Shown here: one piece after another, positions 26,508 to 37,429 of the stretch
Layout: each line of letters opens with the position of its first letter
How positions within the stretch are numbered: the stretch's first letter is position 1
Origin: Carcharhinus longimanus
Taxonomy: Eukaryota
NCBI GenBank assembly: GCA_030264375.1
Contig: JASCQW010000119.1
Span: 6,909,961-6,970,175, forward strand
Direction of reading: 5' to 3'
DNA length: 60,215 bases
Program-made: the position numbers and the translations under genes
The notes under the pieces: model-generated
Databases searched by the model: none
The model's input: only the letters and a program-made list of their open reading frames with translations
Told to the model about the DNA's origin: nothing

Positions 26508-28504
26508 CTTGCTTTCAATGTGGTCTTATTCATCAATGATTTATACGTTACATCGGCTCAATGAGTAACGGAACATTGTATCATAAATAGTCAACTGAAT
26601 CTCATGATTTTTTTTTTCACTCTAACCTTTGGTTTTACTCTTTGTTTTGGTTGCTTGCAAACCTGAAATGAAATACAAAAAAATCTTCCATGAAGCTGAG
26701 GTTTTAAACGTACATATTTGGTTTATTTATCCCATTGTTCCTTTCCATAGGATCTGCCGGACCAGGAGTTACTCATATGTTTTACAGATCATAAGACCAC
26801 ATGATGATTATTATTAAAAAAAAATAGCGCATCTGCTGTAGTTCTTAGAAGGCTGCTAGTCACTTATACACAGCGAAGTTCCATCAACATTAATTTTTTT
26901 AAGTATCCCAGCAACTGGTATGATACAACTAACCACGCCTGTGACAGGAAGTGCTACCAAGATAGAGCAGAATTTCTTCTAGGAGGCGCATTAATTTGCT
27001 GCTAAAACTTACGTTGAATTCGCTATAATCTGTGTCCCAACTGTCATATTTCTTTGTCAGTCAGTTTCCAGAATTCGGATTTAGCCATACCCTCACGCAT
27101 ACATAAGGACTTTGTTTCCACCGTAACAGCCGTGGAAGAATCCAAGAGAAAAGTACCCTTCTTGTCTCATTGGTTGTATGATCTTAGTAAATTGGGAAAA
27201 CAAACTCGTGTGCACTTGCGTTTGCTGTCAATCGTTATTTTTGCAAGTGTTATTGGAGAAAACAGAGAGAAAATACACAGCAATTCCCCATTCGAAATGA
27301 ACCACTTTGTTGTTGTTCCTGAATGATAGGATGAGCAGGGCCGCTGTATTGATTTGCCGCTAGCTTCCGAATAACTGCTGGAGCAAGAGAAGCAAACTAT
27401 CAGTATAATACGGTTTACTGCGTTTCCAGAAATCACATAATATCACTGAAACCTGCTTTGTGGAAGGGCAAACATGTGTTTGGTATGGAAAAAAGAAACT
27501 GCAATTATATTTGCCGTATATTAGGACCAACGCGATGATTAGATTGTGTCCGTTTTGATGTGCCGTTAGTATTTACCGCTTTTTGGTGCGATCATATCTA
27601 AGTCCAGGCATTCCTTGCTGAAGTTAGATTCAGTATCTTCCAGTAGAAATGCTTCTAAGATACTGCTTTAATCATTGACGTTCACGGCGAAAGGCACCAT
27701 TCTTCGTTTTTCAAACATTGTTCCTTTGTTCAACAATTCCAGTAACAGGTGCATAGTTGGACCATTACATTGTCAAAGCACACCTAAAAAAAAGTGTACT
27801 GATTAGGGGCAATAATGTTTTAAACTGAGAAGAATATTCTGGCTTGCATTGGTTTTGTTGATTGTCGATAAAATTATTAGATACACGGGGTGCGGGGTGC
27901 AGTGAAATATTACAATAAATACAACCATTCACTCTCAGCATTGTTTAATCTGTTTTTTTTCAATGAAATTGGAAAGGACAAGCTGGATACTACAGAAAAC
28001 AGTTGACGTATCACTCTGTCTCGTCGTGTCAAACTGTGTGAATTCTTGAAGTCTGTGCCGGGGATTCGAACGCAGGCCCCTTTTGCCCAACGGAATGAAT
28101 GGGCTGATGAAGTGACACTAAACAAACAAAACTAATGTCAAAAAAATCCTCGAAATTTGTAGCCTGTCCTTTTGTAGATCTGAAATCGCGGAATGCCAAA
28201 TGGAAGCTGCTATATCGACCTTTAACTGCTTAGTTACCTTGACAGCGTAGAGATAGACTTTTCACAAAGCAGATGGTAGCTTCCGTTTCCAAATAATAAA
28301 AGAAAAAGAGTAGCATGGTTTCATCTAAACATGTAACCTGTGCTTGGAATGGGAAATAAAGATGCATGTTGTGATGGGGCGGGGATCGTGAAGGCCAATG
28401 TTTAATTTTGAAAGGTATATTTTACGCAACCTTGCACTTAATCTGGTATTCTTGCTCATTCTATTTATGTAATAATTATGCGTCTCTCTTGGATTGTCCA
28501 CTTT

Positions 28505-28592
28505 TACACAGCGAAGTCCCACAACATCAGGCTCATGTTAAACAGGTTTATTTGGAATGACGGGAGTTCGGAACGCTGCGCCTTCACGAGGA
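28505..28592 (-). mobile_element. Penelope-like terminal repeat remnant
   Basis: AAGTCCCACAACATCAGG...AACAGGTTTATTTGG...TTCGGAACGCTGCGCCTTCA is the reverse complement of 37010-37095. Confidence 0.7.
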
Positions 28593-30029
28593 GAAACAGT
28601 TTTACATAACTTTTACGGAACATTGTTTTTTGCATAACTCCGCGATGAAAGACAAGAAATGTACTGACGTGACAAACATGTTGGTAAATCAGTCTTCAAT
28701 TTCGGACTGCTCTCACTTTTGTGTTTTATTTTCATATCCTCGTTATTGATTATTTCCTCCCTTTCAACTGTGCCAGAAGCAAAAAAGAAAGTTTCTGCTT
28801 CATTCTGTTTCTGGCATCAATATATCAGGGAAACGTTTTCGTCCAATGCCGGAAATACGTTTTCTGGCTACGACAGCCGACGGCGTTCAGTGTCGGATCA
28901 GAGTGGCCAATGTGAATCATTTCATTTTCACGTTAATGTTTGTTTTTTTTTGAACATTTGGTATTTCTTTGGGCCCCTATGCCACATAACTGAAAATACA
29001 TTTGTTATCAGAATTGTCTCTGGCGATACATGGCCAGGCATGTGCTAAGTAATTTACACGTTTATTGCAATGGATGTTTTGCACAACTAATAAAGTTAAA
29101 TTAGATACCGCTAAATATGATTATATTGCATCACTGCGCTTTTATTTTTTAAAAAAGTAGCAAAACTGAGACAGATTTCAGGCCAAGAATATGATTAAAA
29201 CAAATCGGGTAATGCCAGCATTCGGAAGTGTGTAACAAAGAAAATGTAGAAAGTTCAAAATAAATTGTAGTGTTTGATCGAATGAGAAAACATCTGGCAG
29301 ATACAGAGAAAACAAAATACTCATTTGTTTGAAATGTTTAAAACAAAAAAATGCTGAGAGATCTCATGCAGCCTGGCAAATTGTTTGAAGATAATTGAAC
29401 GTTAATGTTTCAGGTTTGGGTGTTTCGCCTTCGATATTCAGGAATGGAGAAATATGATGTATTAAGATTTGCATGGGGGCTGGGAGATTTGGGGATGCGG
29501 TAGGTTACAGAATTCAACCCCCCCNNNNNNNNNNNNNNNNNNNNNNNNNNNNNNNNNNNNNNNNNNNNNNNNNNNNNNNNNNNNNNNNNNNNNNNNNNNN
29601 NNNNNNNNNNNNNNNNNNNNNNNNTGCGTTTTTTTACAGAATTAAACCCCCCCCCCCCCACACACACACACACAAACACACACTTAAATTGTGGCAACCA
29701 GGGGAGGTCCCAAAAAAACTGTACCACAGGAGGAAGCAGAATTGTTACTTATGTGCTGAAGACTTGCCTTTGTTTGATAGCAGAGTGTGCTAACAGCAAA
29801 CAAGTACAACTTTGGAACAAATCATGGGCGTCCTAGAGAATGGGGAAGGAAAATTCGGATCGGAGCTTGTTTAGGAATTATTTTGCATAATAAAATGGAA
29901 GAGAAATCTGAACGGCTATGATACAAATGGAGCTGAAAATCAGCCAAATCTATGTTGGGTGTGATAGTTGTTTGTTTTTGTATAAGAGAAAAAAAATAGT
30001 CAGATACATGGGCAACATAAGTGCTGACG

Positions 30030-30290
30030 AGTCGGTTCAGCCCATAGGGTGTCTCACAGCGCCAGAAATCCTGGTTAACTTCTAGCTTCGGATCACTGTC
30101 TGCGTGGAGTTTCCGCATTTTGGCCGTGTCTCTGTGGGTTTCCTCGGGAGGCTCCGGTTTCGTCGCACACTCCAGAAGTGGGTAGTTTCGGTTGATTGGT
30201 CATGATAATTTTCCCGTTAATGTCAGCGGGATTCGGCTTGTGAATATGTGGGATTATGGCGATAGGGTCTGAGTGTGATTGTGGTTGTTT
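30030..30290 (+). mobile_element. HE1/V-SINE-type SINE
   Basis: CTCACAGCGCCAG...CACTGTCTGCGTGGAGTT...GTGGGTTTCCTCGGGAGGCTCCGGTTTC. Confidence 0.8.
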
Positions 30291-30303
30291 TGTTTTCGGT
30301 GAG

Positions 30304-30390
30304 ACGGCACGGTGCCACAGTGGTTAGTTCTGCTGCTTCACAGTTCCAGGGTCCTGTGTTCGACTCCCGGCTTGGGTCACTGTCTGTGTC
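30304..30390 (+). mobile_element. SINE tRNA-like head with Pol III A and B boxes
   Basis: GGCACGGTGCCACAGTGGTTAG (A box) ... GTTCGACTCCCGGC (B box). Confidence 0.8.
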
Positions 30391-30544
30391 TTCCCCATCA
30401 AATTGATTTCACCTCCTGACTGACCTTTCAAATACTGCTGTTGTGTCATTGTTACTCTCCCCATATTCTTTTACAACTTGTTTCGGTCGCACACCAGTCC
30501 TCTCTCCTCCACTGAAAACAACACTATCCTATTCAGGCGCTATT

Positions 30545-32105
30545 TATGTTGAATGCGACACCTCCAAATTTGTAGAAGACACTCAGCTCGGTGGCAGTGT
30601 GTGCATTGAGAAAAATGCTAAGGACCTGCCCAGTGGCTGAGAAAACCTGTTTTACACTTCGAAAACGCAGTCTAATGTATGTGAACGTGAGATTCTTCAC
30701 TTTGGAGACTAAAAAAAGAAGGGAGATTGTTATATGAATGGTGGCATTTTACGAAAACGGAAAGTGCAGTGTTGTTTGAGTGTCATGGTGGATCAGTCGC
30801 TAAAGATTGTCATGCAGGTTCAGCAGGCGATGTGAAAAGGTAATGACGTGCAGCCTCCATAGCAATAGGCTTTGTGCATAGAATTAAACATGTCTTGCTG
30901 CAGTTACACAAGGTCTTGGTGAGACCACAACTTGAGCATGTTTGAGCGGTTTTGGTGTCTAGTCTGAGGAAGGTCTTTCTTGCTATTGAGGGAGTCCAAC
31001 GAAGTTCCACCAGACTGATTCTTTGAATGGGAGCGCTGACACATGTTAACATTTTGGATCGACTGAGCTTGTACGGACTGAAATTTAGAAGAATAAGTTT
31101 TATGTTCCAGATCAACGACAATATTTCATGTTTTTCCCCACGGTGACATTAAACCCACAAGCGCCTCCGCCTCCATTTTCTCAGAAGACATGGTTAAATT
31201 GGCATTTACATTCGGACTCTCACCCACTTTTACAGACCATTTTTGTCCCCTGCGTGTATAACGGCTTGGTATGGCTCCTGTTCTGCCAACACACCGCAAT
31301 AAACTTCAAAAAGTCTAGAATGTCGGCAATCAATCAGCCAAATGAACCTCCCATCCTTGAACCTGTGTACACATTCTGTTGCCTCGGAAAACAAAACCAG
31401 CATAATTAAGTACCCCAAATATCCCGGACAAAGGTTTCTCCATCTTCTTTCGTCGGGAAAAAAAATACATAATTCTGAGGTCTAGTATGAACCGACTCAA
31501 AAACAGCTTCTTCCTTGCTGCCAAAAGACTTTGAATAGATCTACCCTGCACTAAGTTGCCCTTTCTCTACACCCCCCTATGACAATGACACTTTGTTATG
31601 TGCACCTTCCTTTCCTCCTCTCTCTCTCTATATATAAAAAACGATGTTTTGTCTGTATAACATTCAAGAAACAATAGTTTTCTCTATTCTATCATTCAAG
31701 TGACAATAATAAATCATGTCAAATCAAATCAAAAATGGAAACAAAAATCTTCACTCCGAGAATTGTGAACCTGTGGAATGTTCTATCACAAAGAGCAGTT
31801 TTGGCCAGTTCGTCAAATACGTGCAAGAGGGATCTGCACGTGGCCGGTCGGCCACGAAACCATTACAAATAAGCATCCAGGCACCCCGGACCTAGTTTCT
31901 TCCATGTTCTTCCGTCAGGAAAATTGATACAAATTTCTAATGTCAATTAAGAACACACTCAAGAAGACAAAGGAAACAAGGGGTCTGCAAAGCCAGTGGG
32001 AGTTAAATACTGAAAGGGGAATGTCAGCCTTGAACATATTGAATCCTGGTGCAGGCTCGAAGGGCCGAATGGCTTACTCATGCGCGTATTTTCGCTGTTT
32101 CTATA
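30545..32105 (+). mobile_element. CR1 3' half interrupted by a Rex1/Babar insertion
   Basis: ECDTSKFVEDTQLGGSV and LHKVLVRPQLE; resumes at ~31735 with FTPRIVNLWN and ends GGCTCGAAGGGCCGAATGGC. Confidence 0.85.
31125..31733 (+). mobile_element. Rex1/Babar-type LINE 3' end
   Basis: CITAWYGSCSA, LHLLSSGK and NRLKNSFFLAA, then the tail GTGACAATAATAAATC..(AAATC)n. Confidence 0.85.
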
Positions 32106-32432
32106 TCTTAAATGCTCCTATATTTTAAATGCTCCATCAGAGGCAGCATTCTCGTGAATGTCCTTTGAACTCCCTCCATTATAGCAGTATTATTCTAGTT
32201 ATATGACGACCTGGGTGGAATACCATGCACTGAAATTCCATGCATCCCCAACACGTCTTCCTTCCTTTTACAACAATCCTTCAATTGATCACAGTCAGTG
32301 ACCCAAATGGCACATATTGCGTCCTGTTGGCATTCTAGTTTCGGAGATCTATGGACAGACATGCCAAGTTTGTTATTCCACAATGCTTCTTGGCATCATG
32401 TTGTTCATTAAATATTTATCTGCCAAAGAACT

Positions 32433-32750
32433 CATAGAAACATAGAAACGCAGATGATAGGAGCAGGAGGAGGCCAGCTGGCCGTTCGATTCAGCTCCGG
32501 AAATCATTGTGATCGTGGCTGATCATCCAACTCAATAGGCCAATCGTGCTTTTTTCACCAAAATCGTTGATCCCATTCGCTCCAAATGCAATATCCAGTT
32601 GCCCTTTGCATACTTTCAATGTTTTGGCATTAGCTACTTGCTATGGTAGTTAATACGACAGCCTCACCACTCTTTGGCTGAAGAAATGTCTCCTCACCCC
32701 CGTGCTAAATTGTCTACCTTGGATTCTTAATGTGTGATCCTTGGTTCTAT
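32433..32750 (-). mobile_element. CR1 3' end
   Basis: (CATAGAAA)n tail and ATAGGAGCAGGAGGAGGCC; the reverse complement of the FFSQRVV motif lies at ~32660-32690. Confidence 0.85.
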
Positions 32751-32999
32751 TTTGTTTTTCCCTCACACTTTTCAGTTTTAACTTGCATCTACCACGGATC
32801 CACAAATTATCTGTGTGTTACTCAAGGCGTTCAGCCTCACTATTGGCCGCCGAGCCAATCCTTCTGTCATCCACAATCTTACTAATTCCACACTTTCATA
32901 GTCATTTATGAGGTTTGAAAAGTCATAATAATATAAAATAGGTTATCCAGCAATGTTCAGCTTGATATGCATATGGGAATTTTCTTCCTCTCACTAAAG

Positions 33000-35300
33000 A
33001 AGCCTTCTGATGAGGAAGTGAAAGGGATAAACAATGAAATGGTATGGACTATGAGGTGGGAAAATCCCACAGTGTGCGTTAAAATATGAAAGGAGAGCAC
33101 AAAAGGAAAGACGAAGGGGATGAACATGATTAAGTTGCCACTGTAGATGAGGAAGTAATGAAAAAAAAACAGTTAAAAGCTCAGACACAAGTGTTCAGGT
33201 TTGAAATATTAAACAGGATATAGATCATGCGAACATGCTGAATCAATATTATGACACTGGAGAGGAGCCCGAGAAACTGATATGAGTTACGTCATTTCAA
33301 AGTGAGGAGTCAAGTTCGGAGGATGTGGATTTTGATGCACCTCAAAACAAATTGAATAATGCAAAAGCACTATCAAACTGGAATCAGGTATTAATTTAAG
33401 TGCCCCCCCCCCCCCAGAAAAAAACTGAAGGACTTATTAAAGTGACATAATGACTTGTGTAGGGAAATGATGAATTGGACCGATGCCAGAGTAAATGAGG
33501 TTTACGTCGAGACTGTTCTAATAAAACATCAGACTAACAATCTTAATTGTCTTAAAGCAGAACAGGTAGAACATAAATTAAAAGTGATGCTGTGAGATGA
33601 CACAGCAGAGTCGAGTCAAAGTCAATGAGTTCACCAGTCGTCTTAGTCCTTAAACCTAGTGGTGCTCAACGATTCGATATGGATTATCGGAAAGTCAATT
33701 TACTGATGCTATTGGATTCCAATCCATTCCCAAGGTTGGAGAATTGTGTGGAAACGATCGGGCAAGCTGCATATATCAGCAAGATGTGTTTACGTCGCGG
33801 GTATTGCAGTCTCCTATGTCGGTCAAAACGAAATAAATTTCAACCTGGTAACTACAGAGCGCTATATCCGTTTAAAGTAATGTCGTTTTGGATGAAAACA
33901 ATGCGTTACAAATCTAATAATCTGAGTAGTGGACCGGATTTCTAATTGTGCTGTTTACATCGATGATTCACAGATAGTTGGCCTGTCCTGGAGAGACCAA
34001 ATCGCACATTTAGTAGACCGCTTCGAGTGACTACGGAAGTTCAAGACCGCACTCAATCTTGGAAAGAGATAATTTGCCAAGACTGAGGTGCCCTTCTTGG
34101 GACCCAATATTGGAAACCGGAAAATGACTCCAGGAAATTGAAAGGCTAAGGCTATACAACAATTCCCAATCCACCGTCGAAAAAAAGCGTGTTCAGATTT
34201 CTGAGACTGAGTGGACTCTACCGCACGCTTGTGCCGAATTTCAAGCACTGCAATGGTACCCTTAAATAATTTGCCGAAGAAAAACACAAATTAAGTGACA
34301 GAATAATGCGAGCCGGCATTCCAACGTTTAACTGACGTTCTCACCACTGTACCCGCGCTGGTTACAACAAATTTGCAGAAACGTTCGAAAGTCGCAATCG
34401 ACGCCAGCGACATGGGTGTCGGGGTTGTAATGTTATAAGAGGTTGACTATGGCATTGAAAGGCTAATTTGTTGTGTTTCAAAGAAACTCAACTTACATCA
34501 GAAGAAATATTCCACAGTGAGATGATGTGTTATTGCATCTACTGATGACCTTACAACATTGTCAGATTTGTGTGAGCAATAATACCTTTAATACAATATA
34601 TATTGACGTTAAACGCATGATAGTGCAGGTCAATTTAACAACGAGAAGGGCCGAGCGTTTCGGTGGAGTTTAATGTTACGACTGTTTGATTGAAACATTA
34701 TTCATGTTGTGGGTGGGGAAAAGTTCATAGCCGAGGTTTTGTCGCGGATATAACAATACATAGCCATCTTTTGTTGCTGATGGTTCATCTTTTTTTTCCT
34801 TAGGGGAAGGTGTCATTAAGCTGCATTGATTTCGCTAAAAATTTGGTTTCTGACAAAAGTACATATTGAAAATAAACGTTGAAACCAGAAGAATAAATCG
34901 TATGTCGTTGCCTTAAAAAAAAATGTGCCTTGTGCTTTGGATATTAAACTGTAGAAAATAGGTTGCAGAAGGCAATTTTGAAACTTTTGTTTGTAAAGCA
35001 GCAACGAAAGTTCGAGCATAGCAAAGTTTCTTCTTGAGTGGTACAAATGGTGCTAAATCAAGGATGGTGACGCACAGAAACAATAAAATTCAAACGTGAA
35101 GTATGTGTGTGTGTGTGTGTATATCTCGCATTGTTAGAATATCGTTCTAGTAGCATTGTTAATCAGCTTCTTAATTGTTTTGATAAACAATTCCAAAATA
35201 AAAACCTTTTAGTGTTCATGATAGAGAGTATTAAATTCTGTTTTTTTATTAACCAAAACGGTAGTGTCCTTATTTCTCACGAACGCAGGATTAAGATTAC
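33000..35300 (+). mobile_element. Gypsy (Gmr1-like) pol remnant: integrase tail, RT, RNase H, PPT, 3' LTR
   Basis: HANMLNQYY (~33225), SSPVVLVLKPSGAQRFDMDYRKVN..DSNPFPRLENC, VYIDD (~33955), KVAIDASDMGVGVV (~34390), AEVLSRI* (~34750), PPT AGGGGAAGG then TGTCA at ~34810. Confidence 0.9.
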
Positions 35301-35431
35301 GAGGTGAGATATATCCAAATGCAGGGTTCAAAACACGCTCAGAGGGAAACATCACATCAGCGTTGTTACAGCATTGCCGGCCTCCTGAATTGTCGCTAGC
35401 CCCATAAATCAAGTTCCCTACGCACACTTAC

Positions 35432-35780
35432 CCCGTGACCACGTGCCTCCCGGACATCTCGTTGCCAGCCACTGCCACACCTGCCGGCTACAAGCTACCA
35501 GACCACAAATACCGAACGATCCCAACCACTCCCAGTCCCGAGCGGAGACTCCCGGCAGTCCAGAACGCCGCACGTCTGAGCTGACCATCTTTCAACCAGA
35601 TAACCAGCTCGACCATCGCCACCTCCCTATGCCGCCAATCCTTATGGAGAGTGGTGGCGAGGCCGATCAATCGAACCCGCGTTGATGTTCCCTAATAGGC
35701 CCCGCCCAATGATCTGGTCCCTCCCGCCTGTGACAACGCCCTCTTGTCACCTCCCGATGCCGGGAACGCAGTAACAACGT
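35432..35780 (-). promoter_or_regulatory. Candidate CpG-rich promoter and first exon
   Basis: GC-rich, CpG-dense island with a GC box (GGCCCCGCCC, 35698-35707), two CCAAT motifs (~35635, ~35706) and a consensus minus-strand donor GGG|GTAAGT at 35432/35431. Confidence 0.35.
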
Positions 35781-35936
35781 GACCCTTAGTATTGCCGCTT
35801 TGCCACTTGAGAAGAGATAGAGGGACAGGCTGAAGTGTCAGGCTGGAAATATACAGAAGGTATTCCTCCTTACCCTCAACCTCCGGGGAGTTGGTTGCCC
35901 TCGGTCTCTGTTCAGTCCACGGTGGTCAATGGTAGT

Positions 35937-37098
35937 CATGATGTGGAGATACCGGCGTTGGATTGGGGTAAACACAGCAACAAGTCTCACAACACCAGAT
36001 TAAAGTCAAACTGGTTTATTTAAATGTATTGTGTATGCCTTCCAGAAGCTGAAAGTTGCCCTCATAAGAGCAGGCTATGGCGTTCGACTCATCGATCGAC
36101 AGTTCCGACGCGCCACAGCAAAAAAACACATCGACCTCCTCAGAAGACAAACACAGGTCACGGCGGAGTACACTTCGTCGTCCTTGTCTTCCCCGGAGCG
36201 GAAAAGCTATGACATCTTTTCCGGAGCCTTCAACATGTCATTGATGAGGATGAACATCTCGCTAAGGCCATCCCGACCCCCCTACTTCTTGCCTTCAAAC
36301 AACCCCACAACCTCGAACAGACCGTTGCCGGCAGCATACAACAAAGCCTTCAGGAGAACATTGACCATGACAAAACAAAACCCTGCAACAGCAACCTCTG
36401 CAAGACGTGCCGGATCATCGACAGGGATGCCATCATCTCCCATGAGAACACCATTCACCAGGTGCGCATTACGTACGCTTTCAACTAGGCCAATGTCTAA
36501 TGATACGCTGCAGGAAAGGATGCCCTGAGGCATGGTATATTGGGCAGACAATGCAGACGCCATGACAACGGATGAATGAACACCGCTCGCCAATCACCAG
36601 GCAAGAGTGTTCTCTTCCCGTTGGGGAGCACTTCAGCGGTCACGGGCATTGGCCTCTGATCTTCGGATAAACGTTCTCCAAGGTGGCCTTCACAACACAC
36701 TACAACACTGAGTCGCTGTGCACAGAGCAATAGCCAAGTCCTGCACACATGAGGACAGCCTCAACCGGGATCATGGGTTCATGTCGCATTATCCGTAACC
36801 CCCACAACTTGCCTGGGCTTGCAAAATCTCACTAATTGTCCGCCTGTAGACAATACACATTTCCTTAACATGTGTTTAACGCTCTGTTCAGTCACATTGT
36901 CTGTACTTTAAGACTTGATTATTTATAAAGATTCGCATTCCAACCATTATGTTGTAAATTGAATTTGTGTCTTTGTATGCCCTGTCGGTGAGTAGGACAC
37001 ACCCTTACTTGAGGAAGGAGCAGCGCTCGGATAGCTAGTGGATTTCGCTACCAAGTTAACCTGTTGGACTTTAAACTGGTGTTGTGAGACTACGTACA
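35937..37098 (+). mobile_element. Penelope-like retroelement: 5'-truncated, with an inverted terminal repeat (35937-36022) and GIY-YIG endonuclease
   Basis: LKVALIRAGYGVRLIDRQFRRA, PCNSNLCKTC and CPEAWYIGQTMQT..QRMNEHR. 35970-36020 is the reverse complement of the 3' terminus at 37050-37095. Confidence 0.92.
37009..37040 (+). ncRNA. Degenerate minimal hammerhead-ribozyme motif in the Penelope terminus
   Basis: TTGAGGA (CUGANGA-like), then A-GGAGC-AGC-GCTCG (stem II), then GATA (GAAA-like) and GCTAGTG. The copy at 7-16 retains GAAAGCTAGT. Confidence 0.5.
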
Positions 37099-37429
37099 GC
37101 CCTCCGGGGACAGCAGCAGACTCCTCCTCAGTAGTGAAATGAACCGCGGTGGTGGGGAGAGGAGGGGAGGGGGTGGTTGCGGAGGCGCAAACGGGTGTGG
37201 AGACTTTGCCCCGGTCCACTAATGATATCGCTATAAGAACTGTGATATTTAATAATGAGTTTCAATTTTCCATGTCCGNNNNNNNNNNNNNNNNNNNNNN
37301 NNNNNNNNNNNNNNNNNNNNNNNNNNNNNNNNNNNNNNNNNNNNNNNNNNNNNNNNNNNNNNNNNNNNNNNNNNNNNNAATGAGTTTCAATTTTCCATGT
37401 CCGCTTTTTCATAGTCTTTGAACTCTTCA

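Noticed and set aside
28050-28110. Minus-strand GTTCGAATCC B-box as a tRNA gene
   Set aside because: No cloverleaf or A box could be built; probably a decayed SINE head.
29490-29685. TTACAGAATT(C/A)AACCCCC repeated across a gap
   Set aside because: A collapsed short tandem repeat or contig overlap; unit number cannot be determined.
37255-37403. Direct repeat AATGAGTTTCAATTTTCCATGTCCG on both sides of a gap
   Set aside because: Most simply an unmerged contig overlap, i.e. an assembly artefact.
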